A stretch of DNA of 64,000 nucleotides, taken from assembly GCA_951406725.2 (NCBI GenBank), contig OX597815.1:12400001-12464000 (forward strand), given 5' to 3'. The DNA is from Octopus vulgaris. Lineage: Eukaryota. This document shows positions 26,700 to 39,053 of this stretch, piece by piece (the first letter of the stretch is position 1; each line of letters begins with the position of its first letter). The notes under the pieces were generated by a model. It was not told the origin of the DNA. It made no database searches and worked only from the letters and a program-made list of their open reading frames with translations. The translations under genes and the position numbers were made by a program.

Positions 26700-27650
26700 A
26701 TTGTGATGGCAAGTATCTTGTTTTATTCTGGTGTCTTTAAATGATATGAAAGGCCTCGCAGATATTTCTTTTCCCAAATATCGTGATCGCTTGTAGTATT
26801 CTCTCTCTCTAAGACGTCAAGCTCAGACATTTGTGGCAAGAGAGAAGCTGAAATCCACATTAGATCTTGCTTATTTCTTGTGATTCAGCTCAATAATATC
26901 TGGCCGGTTGTGTTTTAGTTTTGCGACAGCTTTGATTTTATAATTCCACCAATATTCTTTTGACCAATTACTTGACGTCTAGTCGTCTTTATGTGCTGCT
27001 ATTTTCTTTTTTTTTATTTAATAAACTGCGTATTTTTTCTGCCCACCGAAGAGGTGGACATTTTCCCGATAGTATCCCTCATGGCAGCCGGCAGTAATGT
27101 GTTTGACCTCTCCACGTTTAGTCTTTGTTTGTTTGTTCCTTCTCAAGCCAAGCCTGGCTCATAAGGGCCGGTTTCCCGGTTTCCTTGACGTATAGGTTCC
27201 CCACCTGGACGGGACGCCGGTTCGTCGCAGGTGAGCTGCAAGATGCAGGAGGGAAGAGTGAGAGATAGTTGTGGGGAAAGAGTCATCAGAAGTTCGCCTT
27301 TACCTTCTGTTGGAACCGCGTGGAGCTTAGGTGCTTCGCTCATAAACACACACACATTGCTCGGTCTGAGATTCGAACCCGCGATTCCTCGACCGCGAGT
27401 ATGCTGCTCTAACCACTAGGCCATGTGCCTCCACAGTTTTAGTCTTGGCGAAACCATATTTGTTGTCCGTCAATGTTTTTCGTCTTTTGTACTGCAGGTA
27501 TTTAGTGTAGATCTCTTACTTTTAAATCGCATGAAAGCAGTATACGAAGAGGGATCTTATAAAATTGTTGGTAGCCCATGCAAAGATTTCGATGTGATTT
27601 ATTCCTTCTGTGGCTTGCGTCTTTCGTGACAAGTCTCCACGCCTATGGGG
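26700..27650 (-). mobile_element. Decayed R4/Dong-clade (REL endonuclease) non-LTR remnant, interrupted by a SINE
   Basis: Minus-strand peptides EIYTKYLQYKRRKTLTDNK (~27450-27520), VKHITAGC (~27085-27110; zinc-knuckle-like) and EYWWNYKIK...KHNRPDII (~26895-26958; RPD motif of REL); many stops. Confidence 0.65.
27126..27431 (-). mobile_element. tRNA-derived V-SINE-like element (family D) with TSD
   Basis: rc GGAGGCACATGGCCTAGTGGTTAGAGC (A box), GGGTTCGAATCTC (B box), CCTGCGACGAACCGGCGTCCCGTCCAGG (V-domain-like), (AAAC)n tail; imperfect TSD TCCACGTTTAGTCTT / TCCACAGTTTTAGTCTT. Confidence 0.85.
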
Positions 27651-29236
27651 ACTAGACAATTTTTTATCTTGTGACACATTTAATTTTTCAAAGCTCATTG
27701 GAGTGAGATTTGCATCAGATTTATTATATAATTCTCTACAAGTTCATTAACTATCCTAATGTTACTGATGCTCGCAAAGTTGGGCAAAATAATGATACTC
27801 TTCTCCCTTTTCTCTTCACTGTAAAAGTATGTGTTTCACATGATATGAATATAGTTTTAAAACCACGACCACAGGACTAATATGTTAGAAGCACCCTAAT
27901 AACCTTTTCATTGACGTTGAAGTTTCCAAGAAAACTGCAAATTGCTCATTTATATGTCTGCCTCGCCAAGCTCTCACAGAGATGAAGCTTGAATTTTACA
28001 TGATAGTAAAAAGTGCCTATAATATATTACAGGAAATGTTGAGGGTAGAACGTAATAGAATAGTAAATATATGCAATAGTCAGAAAAGAAATAATTTATA
28101 ACTTAATCAATTAAGTCAAATTTTCAAGCAAATGGATACAGAGACATATGAAAATACATAATATTCCTTAGAAGTGATTGAGAATAAATATAAATAAATA
28201 AATAGAGGTAGGATATTTTGAATAGTTTTGGAAGAAACACGTGAGTTTTTCTGTGTTATGGGATAAATAGAGCTTTTAGTTCATTTTAACTGTTGAATGC
28301 ATATTAAATGAAAACTAAAAGGAAGGATACTTCCGTGTATGAAAATATGGGAAAAATATATAAATATGTAAAAATGAGGTAAGGCAGGGAAAAGTAACAT
28401 AAGATTTGAAAATGTATTTTGTACGCAAGTAACATAGTGGAATCAGTGGTAGAAAGGTTGGTGTGTGGCTGATAATACGTAAGAAAGGAGCAAATTTCAG
28501 TGTAAATAGAATGAGATTCATAAACATATTTCAGTATATATGTATGCGACTCTCAGTAGATGAACAACACGTCTGATGCGCAAGCATATGAATTTAGGTA
28601 TTATTGATTGAATGAGATCTAGCTAGATAGATAGATAGGTAGGTAGGGAAAGAAAGAGAGACACAGGCAGCTAGTTGGATATATATTGAAATAGATAAGT
28701 AGATAAAGACGGAAAGAAGAGTGAAACGTGGGGTGGAAGGGAAAGAAAGAAGACACTGAGAGTTGGGTACTGACAGAGCTTTCGACAGATTTATATATAT
28801 TGCTTATGTATAAATATAAATAGATTGATTGACAGGCCCTCCAGAAAGAAATATAGCTAAGAATATGTACATTTAAATTTGAAGAATGAAAAGTGGTAAC
28901 GGCAGAAATATTGGGGTTTATATAAAATGACTAAATAGATATAAAATTTAAAACTTAAATGCACACAGGCAGGTAATAATGCGAAATGGATGTGAAAATG
29001 TCTCTTAACTTCAATAGAATTTATAATTAAATTAACGAACAAGGAGTATACAAAAAATTAGTAAGGTGTAATTAGAAATTAGTAAGGTGTAATTAGAAAT
29101 ATTCGATAGTGGAAAAAGTAACGAAGAGCACATTGGCTATATAACGTCAAAATATTTTAACAAAGGAAAACACACTGGCGCGATTCGAATAGGTGATGCA
29201 TTTAAAGTATGCACTGAAAAATATAGATAGATACAT

Positions 29237-29268
<32 letters not shown>

Positions 29269-29280
29269 GTGTGTATATAT

Positions 29281-29408
<128 letters not shown>

Positions 29409-29528
29409 CACGCAAAGACACACACATATACACACACAGCCCAACGTACACACACACATATACACCCACATGCACACACATGCACACATATACTTGAAAC
29501 TGCCAGTTAAATAGCTTTCTACATTTTC

Positions 29529-29747
29529 AAAATATAAATACCCTTGTGAATCGTTGGCAATTTTTTTTTCCTCCGCCTTCCATTTATATTGTACTTTCGT
29601 CTGTCTCCTGTTCCTGAAGAAGAGCTTTTTCTCGAAATATAAAATGACACTTCTTTCCTTCCGTGAGCGACTGCTAATACTTTACATTTATCACGCCCCC
29701 GCATTGTTGTTTTTCTTGGGTTTGTTCTTCGTTCTTTTGGATTTACT
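29529..29747 (+). mobile_element. Hammerhead-bearing short element, family H1 (diverged copy)
   Basis: TCGTTGGCAATTTTTTTTTCCTCCG...CTGAAGA-AGAGCTTTTTCTC-GAAAT...GAGCG...TTTTGGATTTACTA; homologous to 62343-62554. Confidence 0.7.
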
Positions 29748-29822
29748 ATTTTATATATACATATCTATCTATATATATACACACACACACGTACAAAAAC
29801 ACACATATATATGTACACACAA

Positions 29823-29868
<46 letters not shown>

Positions 29869-29946
29869 ATATATTGATAGAAATAATAAGACTACAAAAG
29901 AATGAAAGAGTATTCGATATTATGTAAATAGAGGAATATATCTGGA

Positions 29947-30034
29947 AATATATGTGACAATTATTCGGTAGCCATGATGAAACTCCGAAACTCGGAGTGT
30001 TATCAAGGCTACCCAATGACTATCACATATATTT
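29947..30034. repeat. Imperfect ~43-bp-arm hairpin inside a (TA)n-flanked insert
   Basis: AAATATATGTGACAATTATTCGGTAGCCATGATGAAACTCCGA pairs with TCGGAGTGTTATCAAGGCTACCCAATGACTATCACATATATTT. Confidence 0.75.
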
Positions 30035-30041
30035 ACAAAAA

Positions 30042-30179
<138 letters not shown>

Positions 30180-30334
30180 GATACACAGACATACAGGAAG
30201 TAAATAGACACCTTTAACTTCCCAAAATTGCTGATCTAAGTTTCTTAATATGTTTTCTGCTGTGTAGAATTTACAATGTAATGATTCTTTTTCATTCCAT
30301 GTGCCATTGTATTAAAGATTTGCAAAGCGCAACC

Positions 30335-30862
30335 ATGCCCTGCACAATATATTCAGCAGAACTGTCAGATTTTCAAAGAGTTCGTATTATTGGGAAATGT
30401 GAGGGTGGTTTTAGCTAGCCACAAATTGCCGAAAATCTTCAAATTCCTCTTCCTACTTGGAAAGGAGGCTTCGCTGTTTGAAGAGAATTGTGGAAAATGA
30501 ACCCTGTTCGAAGGATTCTGACATTGCAAAAAAGCTAGAAGTTTGTGCAAGTACGTGTGTTACATATCTGCATAAGATTGGATATTATTATGAGCAGCTA
30601 GAAGACAACCTCTCCGTCAACCAAATAATATAATGAAAAGAAAGAAACGGGCTAAGGAGATGTCAGAAAAATTGAGTTCATTTTGGGATAGACTGATTTT
30701 CTAAGAAGAATCTAGATTTGCCTTATTTTCACACAGTATACTTGTTTGAGTCTGGATGCTTCCCAATCAAGAATTTGATTTGAAACGACTCCAACCAACT
30801 GTGAAACATAACGGTATCTCTGCAAAGTTATGGGGAGCTGTCACCAGCAATGGTCGTTCTCT
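30335..30862 (+). mobile_element. Tc1-family transposase pseudogene fragment
   Basis: MPCTIYSAELSDFQRVRIIGKCEGGFS*PQIAENLQIP (HTH), FWDRLIF*EESRF (decayed FSDESRF) and [18 protein letters not shown]. Confidence 0.8.
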
Positions 30863-31175
30863 GTGTGCACGTGTATATGTGTGAGTGTGTGTGTGTAATT
30901 TTCTGAATCTGATAAAATCAAGCTATTTAGATAACAACGGTAACAAGGTAGTATCGGGGATAGCACACCTGTTGACTAAACGTACGTACTACATCAAATA
31001 CGAATGTCACCTGCCAGTAAAGTATTCATTCACAAGTATTAACCACATAAACGTGTACGTAAAGTTACACCGGAGACCTCTCCAGTAAGTAATGCACTGT
31101 TCACAGTCGGCTCAAGGTCCAACGAAAAGAAGGTTCCGAGTGTAGTAATGCATAAACAATAATACAAATGAGCTA

Positions 31176-31247
31176 AGGTTTACTACAGCCGTTTCAGGAT
31201 TTTTGCCCATCAGTAAATAGCGCATTTGAAACAGCTGTAGTGAACCT
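31176..31247. ncRNA. Degenerate hammerhead motif (minus strand) with inverted partial copy (family H4)
   Basis: rc TTTA-CTGATGG-GCAAAAATCCT-GAAAC-GGCT-GTA-GTAAA; the plus strand carries TGAAACAGCTGTAGTGAACCT, an inverted 21-bp copy with palindromic ACAGCTGT stem III. Confidence 0.5.
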
Positions 31248-31485
31248 GCCCCACCTGTGTTTTTATTTATAAGTAATTACATACATGCATGAATACATAC
31301 ATATACATATATACATACATACATGAATACATACATATATACATACATACGTACCTAGTAGGTTGTGACTAAATGTAACAAACAGAAAAGTGCGTGTGAG
31401 ATAAAATAGATCGAATGTTTCGAACAGGTTCATAACTACGGAGATAAAACCTGTATATGTATATAAATCTACCTCTAAATCCGTA

Positions 31486-31677
31486 TTCAGTCATTTGCCT
31501 ACGACCATATCGGAGCACCACCTTTAGTCGAACAAATGGACCACAGGACTTATTATTTGTAAGTCTAACACTTATCCCATCGTTTCCTTTGCCGAACCGC
31601 TATGTTACGAGGCCGTAAACGCATCAGCCTGGCTTGTCAAACGATGGTAGAGGCGAGGGCAAACAGGCACACAGATA

Positions 31678-31740
<63 letters not shown>

Positions 31741-31898
31741 GACGGGTTTCTTTCAGTTTCCGTCTACCGAATCCTCTCACAATGCTTTGGTCCGCCCGTG
31801 ACTGTAGTAGCCTCTCGCCTAAGGTGCCACGCAGTGGGACTGAAACCAAAACTATGTGGTTGTGAAGCAACATTCTTATCACGCAGCCATTCTTGTGC
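31486..31898 (-). mobile_element. SINE family A, older diverged copy
   Basis: TTCAGTCATTTG...GCCGAACCGCTA...TTTCAGTTTCCGTCTACC...GTGCCACGCAGTGGGACTGAA. Confidence 0.85.
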
Positions 31899-32262
31899 TG
31901 TGTATTTATATTTCTTATTGAATGCTGATAAATAGCGGTGAGACTCACATTTAGAGAGGTAAGTTTACAGAGATGAAAATATATAATTAGGAATAAGCCT
32001 GAAATATTTGTTGATACATCAGGCGATGTGCATGCATGTTGTGTATAGAACTGTGTGGAGAATGATATTTAGAAACGTAGATTGAAGTCATTTCAAGTAA
32101 GTAGATATATAAGTGAAAATACATGTAGAAAACTAGGCATACGAGTAGGCCGAAGCTTTATAACATAGTTATGATATAAACTACTTATCGAATCAACACC
32201 ATGAATTTGATGTCATGAGATGACAGGAAAAAAGTACTATTTATACATGCGTCATACGTGTA

Positions 32263-32310
<48 letters not shown>

Positions 32311-32361
32311 CACACACACACACCACACAGATACACACACATACACTCGCACGTGTATGCT

Positions 32362-32430
<69 letters not shown>

Positions 32431-33836
32431 GTTCACCGAAATTTAGATTTGTATATCCTTGTTGCTTCTTTGGATATATATATATACACACACACACCAC
32501 AGAAACACACATACATACACGTGCCGACTCTCAAACGTCATACTTATCGAATATCTGTATTATCTTACCTGAAATACCTTCATATGTCCACCAGTCAGAC
32601 CAAAGCGATGTTTTTCCTACACAAAAAAAGAAAAAAGGAATTAATTAGTAATTGCCATGTTTAGATATTTCAAATAGACGAAGAAAGAATATTCTGAAAC
32701 ATATGAAGATAATAGAAAACCGGTTCAAATCTATAGCTTATTTGAGTAAATACTTAATAATTGTTAATAATTAAGATATATCAAAATTAAGATGCATGGA
32801 ATTAAATAAAACATGTCAGCAGAATTTGTAATAAAACAAAACAATATTACAGTTAACGTACGTTAAACGCGGGTGTTGTAGAGATACTCGTTAATCACTG
32901 AATTTTCGACCCATTTATACTAATTACACCACGATGTTTGTTAGCTAAATCCAATTGTTTAGTCACCATAAATCCAATAGCTTAGTCACATAAGTGAAGT
33001 AATTGGAACCGCGTTCGTTTCGACGTTGTGTAATCACATGTTCGGTCAACTGAAATTTTACCGTGTATTTTGTTTGAGTATACAAGTGACGCATGTTCTT
33101 TTGACGTAATTATCAAGCTGAGTGGTTGTTATAAGCGCAAATCTGGATACTCCAAATACATGTCTCTATCTGACTTTCAGAAATATTCTCTATCTTTAAG
33201 TTATCGCAAAACATATAGATCACATCGAGATTATTTCCCGAATATCACGCGCAATTAGATTGAATCCAGAGACATTTGAGTGGAAAGCGAGTATCTTATC
33301 TACTTTAACATGAGGCGTTCAATGACTAACCGTGATACACTCTTACGTCTGTGATTATAATAAGGTAACTACTTTTAACTTCCGAAGGTTTGCTACGGAG
33401 AGATTCTTTAAAATTAGGATTAAATAACTTTTCGTATGAAGGATCAGAATGCGTAAGTCTGAGCTGGGGTGGACTGAATTTTCAGTTTCTGCCACTAATT
33501 ATATCATTACAAGTAAAGGGTATTTTCCCGCTGTTTGTATATTCAAACGCACAAGCACTTAAGCACATACACATATACACGCATGCGCACATGAATTTAC
33601 ATTATATGGATGAGGTTCCGTAAATAAATCATTTACCCGATCAAATATAAATATTTCCATAAATTTTCTTTTACAAGGTTTACACAGATTTTATGAAGTC
33701 TTTAATCAAAGTTGTTTATATAATGAATATTACACTGAACTAGTTAAGGTTGTATCAAGAATATGCACATTCTTGTTAAAAAATATAACTTACATAAAGC
33801 TGTAACGTATACCTTATATATACGTGTGTGTGAATG

Positions 33837-33900
<64 letters not shown>

Positions 33901-34007
33901 TAAATTAGAGACAAAACCACTATTAGGCAAATCAAACAATGAAAGACTTAAGCCAAAATCTGATTTTTCCCTGTAAGTTTGGATTTATTCCCTAATATTT
34001 ATTATTA

Positions 34008-34062
<55 letters not shown>

Positions 34063-34067
<5 letters not shown>

Positions 34068-34270
34068 ATCCAAACATGAAAACACAAAAAGAAAACACAA
34101 CAACGAGAAGACGTGAAACAAATATAGTATTATTGGACGCTTAGGAAGGAGGGGAAGAAGGAGGATTTAATGTTTCGAACGGAGCGCTTCGTCGGAAACA
34201 TGGGAGAAGGTTAAAGATCCAGAGAAGGGAAGACAGAGGAAAAAAAATCGCCAACTGTACACACGCGGTC
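34063..34270 (-). mobile_element. Hammerhead-bearing short element, family H1
   Basis: rc GTTT-CCGACGA-AGCGCTCCGTTC-GAAAC-ATT-AAAT; 3' end GGATTAACT abuts (TA)n. Confidence 0.8.
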
Positions 34271-34974
34271 TGTATGTGTATATATATATATATACATATA
34301 CACATATATGAGTGGGGAGAGTGTATGTGTATGTATGTGTGTATATATTAGGTGAGAAAATGCTATGCAGTGAGAGAAAGTGATAGTGAATTTAAATTAA
34401 AATATGGTCCATATCTGTAGCATCAGTTATAATTAATGCCTTATCAAGCGCTATTAAGTATTGCAGAAATTGTTTGCAATGGAATCATTTCATAATTTTA
34501 TTTTCTGCTATACAGTTAACTGTCATTGGGTTGCGTAATTTCTCTGCCATTGATTTAAAATATTTGTACATTCGCAGCAACATTGAATCTTGTTTCATCA
34601 TATTACCAATTTCATAGATTTTTATCGAATGGCTAGGTTAAATCTCTGGCATACTAACATGTCATAATCCATACCTGCTTCCAGTAAAGAGAAACAGATA
34701 TACCCAAACACTCACGTATGCATACTCATATTGAAGCACACAGCACACCCATCTATCCAAACACATACACACATATCTATGAATGTACGTATATATGGAT
34801 GGATGCATGGCAGTTTGCATATATGCGTTTATGTATGTATAGTAATATATAACGGTAGCCTCTCAATCAATCAATTTGTTGCTGAACAACCTGCATAGAT
34901 CACTTGTTCATAATGATCAAACCCTACTGCACACCTTTCCGATGGTTCTGTGTTGCTCCCACCATATCTCTGTG

Positions 34975-35061
<87 letters not shown>

Positions 35062-35068
<7 letters not shown>

Positions 35069-35267
35069 GCGTGTGTATCGTTGGCGATTATTTTCCTCCG
35101 TCTTCCCTTACTTGGATCTTCCCTTTTCCTATGCTTCTGACGAAGAGCCCCGCTCGGAACTTTAAATCCTCCTTCTTTCTTTCTTTTCCTGAGCGTCCAA
35201 TAACACTATACTTGTTCCACGTCATCGTGTTGTATTTTCTCTTTGTGTTTTCATGTTTGGATTAACT
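35062..35267 (+). mobile_element. Hammerhead-bearing short element, family H1
   Basis: CGCGTGTGTATCGTTGGCGA...CTGACGA-AGAGCCCCGCTC-GGAAC...GAGCGTCCAATAA...CATGTTTGGATTAACT; between (TA)n tracts. Confidence 0.8.
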
Positions 35268-35274
35268 TTACATT

Positions 35275-35347
<73 letters not shown>

Positions 35348-35359
35348 TATATAGAAGGA

Positions 35360-35408
35360 GCTTCTACAGGACTAGAACTGTTTCATTCAAGAGAAATCTT
35401 CAGGAAGC
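35360..35408 (-). ncRNA. Type-I hammerhead ribozyme motif (family H2), left arm
   Basis: rc GCTTC-CTGAAGA-TTTCTCTTGAAT-GAA-ACAG-TTCTAGTC-CTGT-A-GAAGC: perfect stem I GCTTC/GAAGC, CUGANGA and GAAA core, 4-bp stem III, GUA triplet; stem II is weak (TTC/GAA). Confidence 0.7.
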
Positions 35409-35416
35409 ACTTCAGT

Positions 35417-35465
35417 GCTTCCTGAAGATTTCTCTTGAATGAAACAGTTCTAGTCCTGTAGATGC
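35417..35465 (+). ncRNA. Type-I hammerhead ribozyme motif (family H2), right arm
   Basis: Same motif on the plus strand with one stem I mismatch (GATGC); predicted cleavage after 35460. Unique sequence continues to ~35551, then (TA)n. Confidence 0.65.
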
Positions 35466-36554
35466 TCCTTCTATATAATAAATTAATTTTACTCTGCTAT
35501 GTATTGAGTACCTTATTTACTGTGGTTAACCCCGAATCAACCCGGGACCTACATATATATATATATATATATATGTTTGTATATATATATATATTTGTGT
35601 GTGTGTGTGTGTATTAATTGTACACACAACCGACCGTTTTCGTCTATCGAATAATACAAAGAATTGGTTTACTCGAAACTACAATAGGAAATATTTGCAG
35701 TACCCATTTGCGTCTATTGGAAATCCGCAACTCATCTTCCTCTTATATTTGTCTAAGACAGTACACCACTGTTTGACGTTTATAAACAGAGGTGATGTTC
35801 TTTCAATATCTCTTGTCAGGATAAAATTTTAAAATTAACAAATGACTCCGTTATCCATGTATTTACTATCGTTCATCTCTTTTTCATTTGGAATTCTGAA
35901 ACTTATGTCAGTAACACCATCATATATATACGATCATCTCCCTAGGTTATTTAAGTTCTCAGTATGACTTCTGTTATCTCAACACACTAAGTTAGAGGAA
36001 GAGATATTTTATGTTAATTGAATCTACAATTATGTCAATATCTATCAGCTAGATAAAATGCCTAACTTAATTAACTTGGTCAAAATACGAAATGTTTTTC
36101 CTACTATGAGAGATTTCATCGTCGTCTCTACCGCAGCCACATCAATACATTATCACACAATACTGCGAGTTCACAACCCCCTTCATAAACTGAGTTGACC
36201 CTATGAATTTTTCTTATTTCCAAGATTTCAACCAGTTTAAAACTTTTTCTTTGTTATCAGACTTCATGTAGCATTTCATGCTGGACAAATAAGCTACATA
36301 GATTATTTTTCGAAATTAAGTCATGTCTTTAAGGTAGTTTTAAGTTTAGACGCTGGAAGGGCCAAGTTGTCGAAACTTCAAGACATAAAAAAATGCTCCC
36401 CGTACACACGTTATATGAGAGCGACATGAGTATTGTGCTTATGAAGGGCCAACTTAGGCATAAATAACAATCCGAACAATCTTCTTTTTTTTTTTTCAAA
36501 GCTTGGTTCGCTCTATATTTTTAGTGCATTTTCTAATTGCTGATATTTTTGTCA

Positions 36555-36952
36555 TTTTTTTTCTTTTTTTGTTTCAGCTCAGAGCTGCGGCCATGCCGAT
36601 GCACCGCCGTTTTGTGCTACACCGTTATTACTAAGACCCTCGTCTAATATGTGACACTTGGTGACGAATGGAGATTGATATAGCTACTCTCATTTGCACC
36701 TCTTGCCGCGAGGTAGATTCATCTGGGACTCTCGACAGGAAGCGGTCTAGCTTTGATTTAAAAATCGCTACATCTACTTTGTGCAAGTTCCTCATACTCT
36801 TCGGGAGAATATTAAAACTTTTGGGCCCTTGAAACACAGACTGTTGCAGTAGCTGGTCATGAAGCGTGATGGCATTGCTGGGATCTTTGGCACTATGCAA
36901 TGTCGTCCCGTTCTAGCATTGTTGTAGCTTTCAGTGCCAAGTTTTGGCACAG
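36555..36952 (-). mobile_element. CR1-like LINE 3' fragment
   Basis: ORF 36631-36900 contains FQGPKSFNILPKSMRNLHKVDVAIFKSKLDRFLSRVPDE, same motif class as 6393-6800; 3' UTR rc GGCGGTGCATCGGCATGGCCGCAGCTCTGAGCTGAAAC plus A-rich tail. Confidence 0.88.
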
Positions 36953-38988
36953 GATTTAATCAGACACCTATGTTCAATGTCGTTCCGACTGTGATTACAT
37001 CCTCTTCTTTGTAACAAGAATGTATCTTGGTCTTCCTTATCTCATATATTCTCATTTTTAGAAGTTAGAATATATTTTGAGCAAGATTTGTTACTACGTC
37101 CAATGGGTTGCCTTGATGCATAAGCGAATACTTCTTAAAACGTAAAAAGACAATTTTGAATTTTTATCCAGAAATAATATAATATTAACCAGGAACTAAT
37201 ATTTCATTTAATAAAGTTACTATTTCCAGCCACTTGCGATTTTTTCATATTTGCTGCATTGAATTCTACCTGCAGCATAACTATTATTCATCCTTACCGG
37301 TGGCCTCTGTGGATTATTTTTACCTGGTTATATAACGTAAGAATTTGCTGTAATCAATTCTCGGAAGGATCCCATTATTTCTTAGAAGTTTTAGGAGAAG
37401 ATATGTCACAGCGTCTAGTTGACCAAACCTTAAATATTTCACTTTAATTCAGTTCTTTCAAACAAATATTTGACTTTAAACACCTGTCCAATTTGTATAA
37501 TTATTTGCGTTGCATAATTATTTTCAATTTGCCTTAATTATTCCATAATTATTTGCATTGTTTTAATTTACAAATATTTCCTCTAATTTGCAAGCATTTT
37601 TAACAGCAATCAGAAATCTCATTTTGAGAAATAAAATTTGAAAAATATTGAAAATAACTAATTTTTTCTCTGGACATAGTACAATGCGTAATTATACAGA
37701 CGCAATTAACATAAAATCTTATTTTAAGAATTAGGTGTTGAAATTAATTTCGTGAATAGTCACTTTGGTTTAATTCATTGATTTTCTGATTTTGTCTTCC
37801 ACATACTTTTAAAAATTAAAACATTTTCTATAGGATTCCCATATATATCTGTTCAATTACAATTTGATTTAAAATGTTCCTTCAGCTCCAGAAAATAGGG
37901 TTTCAAGCTCAGTTCAGCGACCAATCGTTCTGTGTTGTAAATGTACAAACAATTACTTGGGAGTTTTTCATTTTATTGCTGTAGTTTATCATTAAAATTT
38001 CGACAAGTGAAACTTACCATTATATATCGCACCAGAATATAATCAGTATTTTTTAATTGTTGATACTGAAATGGTGTAACGGCATTTTTGAACTCATCTT
38101 AGTCCTTATCGAAAAAGCGTGCAGTAGAAGGGTGAGTGCATTTGCGAAATCTATAAATCTAACGAAGAAATATGATGGGAAGTGTTCACTCGGATTCTTG
38201 CAGAACAAGTAAAATTGATGGTAAATCGAAAGCGGGGGTGTCATTTTATCTCTAGATTTTGCAGGTACAGTTTTAAAAATTCAGTAATTATCAACAAATG
38301 ATATCTACGTGTGACAATTACCTGTTGAGTCTTACTGCTTTCTTAAAATACATCTGTGTTGTGTGTGCTTCTTTGTAGACGGTGGATAAATGTGATCCCA
38401 ATGTTTCCAGAAGTAATATTTAATTCACTGGCATCCAGGTAAAGAATTCGATTTAAGAATTTCCAAATAGTTACCAGGCGCTAGGGCCTTACGTATGACA
38501 TTTTTATTCTTAAAATATAAACAAAATAGCAAAATGAGATCAGGGTATGTTGATATTCAGACTACTCTAAGTTTGTAGTTGTTTAATCCCAAGTCAGCAA
38601 TAATCAAGTGAGTCTCCGATTGAAATGATCTATCCGTAACTATTCTGTCATGCGAGTCCTTTTTCCTATGGCAGTAGTGTATGATAAACGTCCTGTTTTA
38701 TGCATTGGGTGCGGATTACATTTTCATTGGTTCAAAGCCTACGAGGAAATGGAGGAAATATTCTTCTGAGAAGAGTCCTGGTTCCAAGACATGCATAAAA
38801 TGTTATTTTAAGCCAATTGATAGTCACACTAAACGATAGATTAACTCGTATATTGCTCTAGGTTCACAACCTATTAGAGGATCGTAGTGTGACATACCAG
38901 GTATTTTGGTCATTTCAAATTTCATTGCCTGATTACAGTTGAATCCTGTTTGAGAGAGAGAGAGAGAGATTGAGAGGGACAGATATAT

Positions 38989-39053
<65 letters not shown>

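Larger units (their letters stand above)
35342..35483. repeat. Near-perfect palindrome, 69-bp arms, 4-nt loop
   Basis: 35342-35410 pairs with 35415-35483 with one mismatch (35362/35463); loop TTCA. Confidence 0.95.

Noticed and set aside
29056-29100. 21-bp tandem duplication and other short tandem units as CRISPR-like arrays
   Set aside because: No unique spacers, only 2-3 units, eukaryotic context.
36348-36385. CTGGAAGGGC...GTCGAAAC hammerhead-like motif
   Set aside because: The core is not CUGANGA and there is no convincing stem I.
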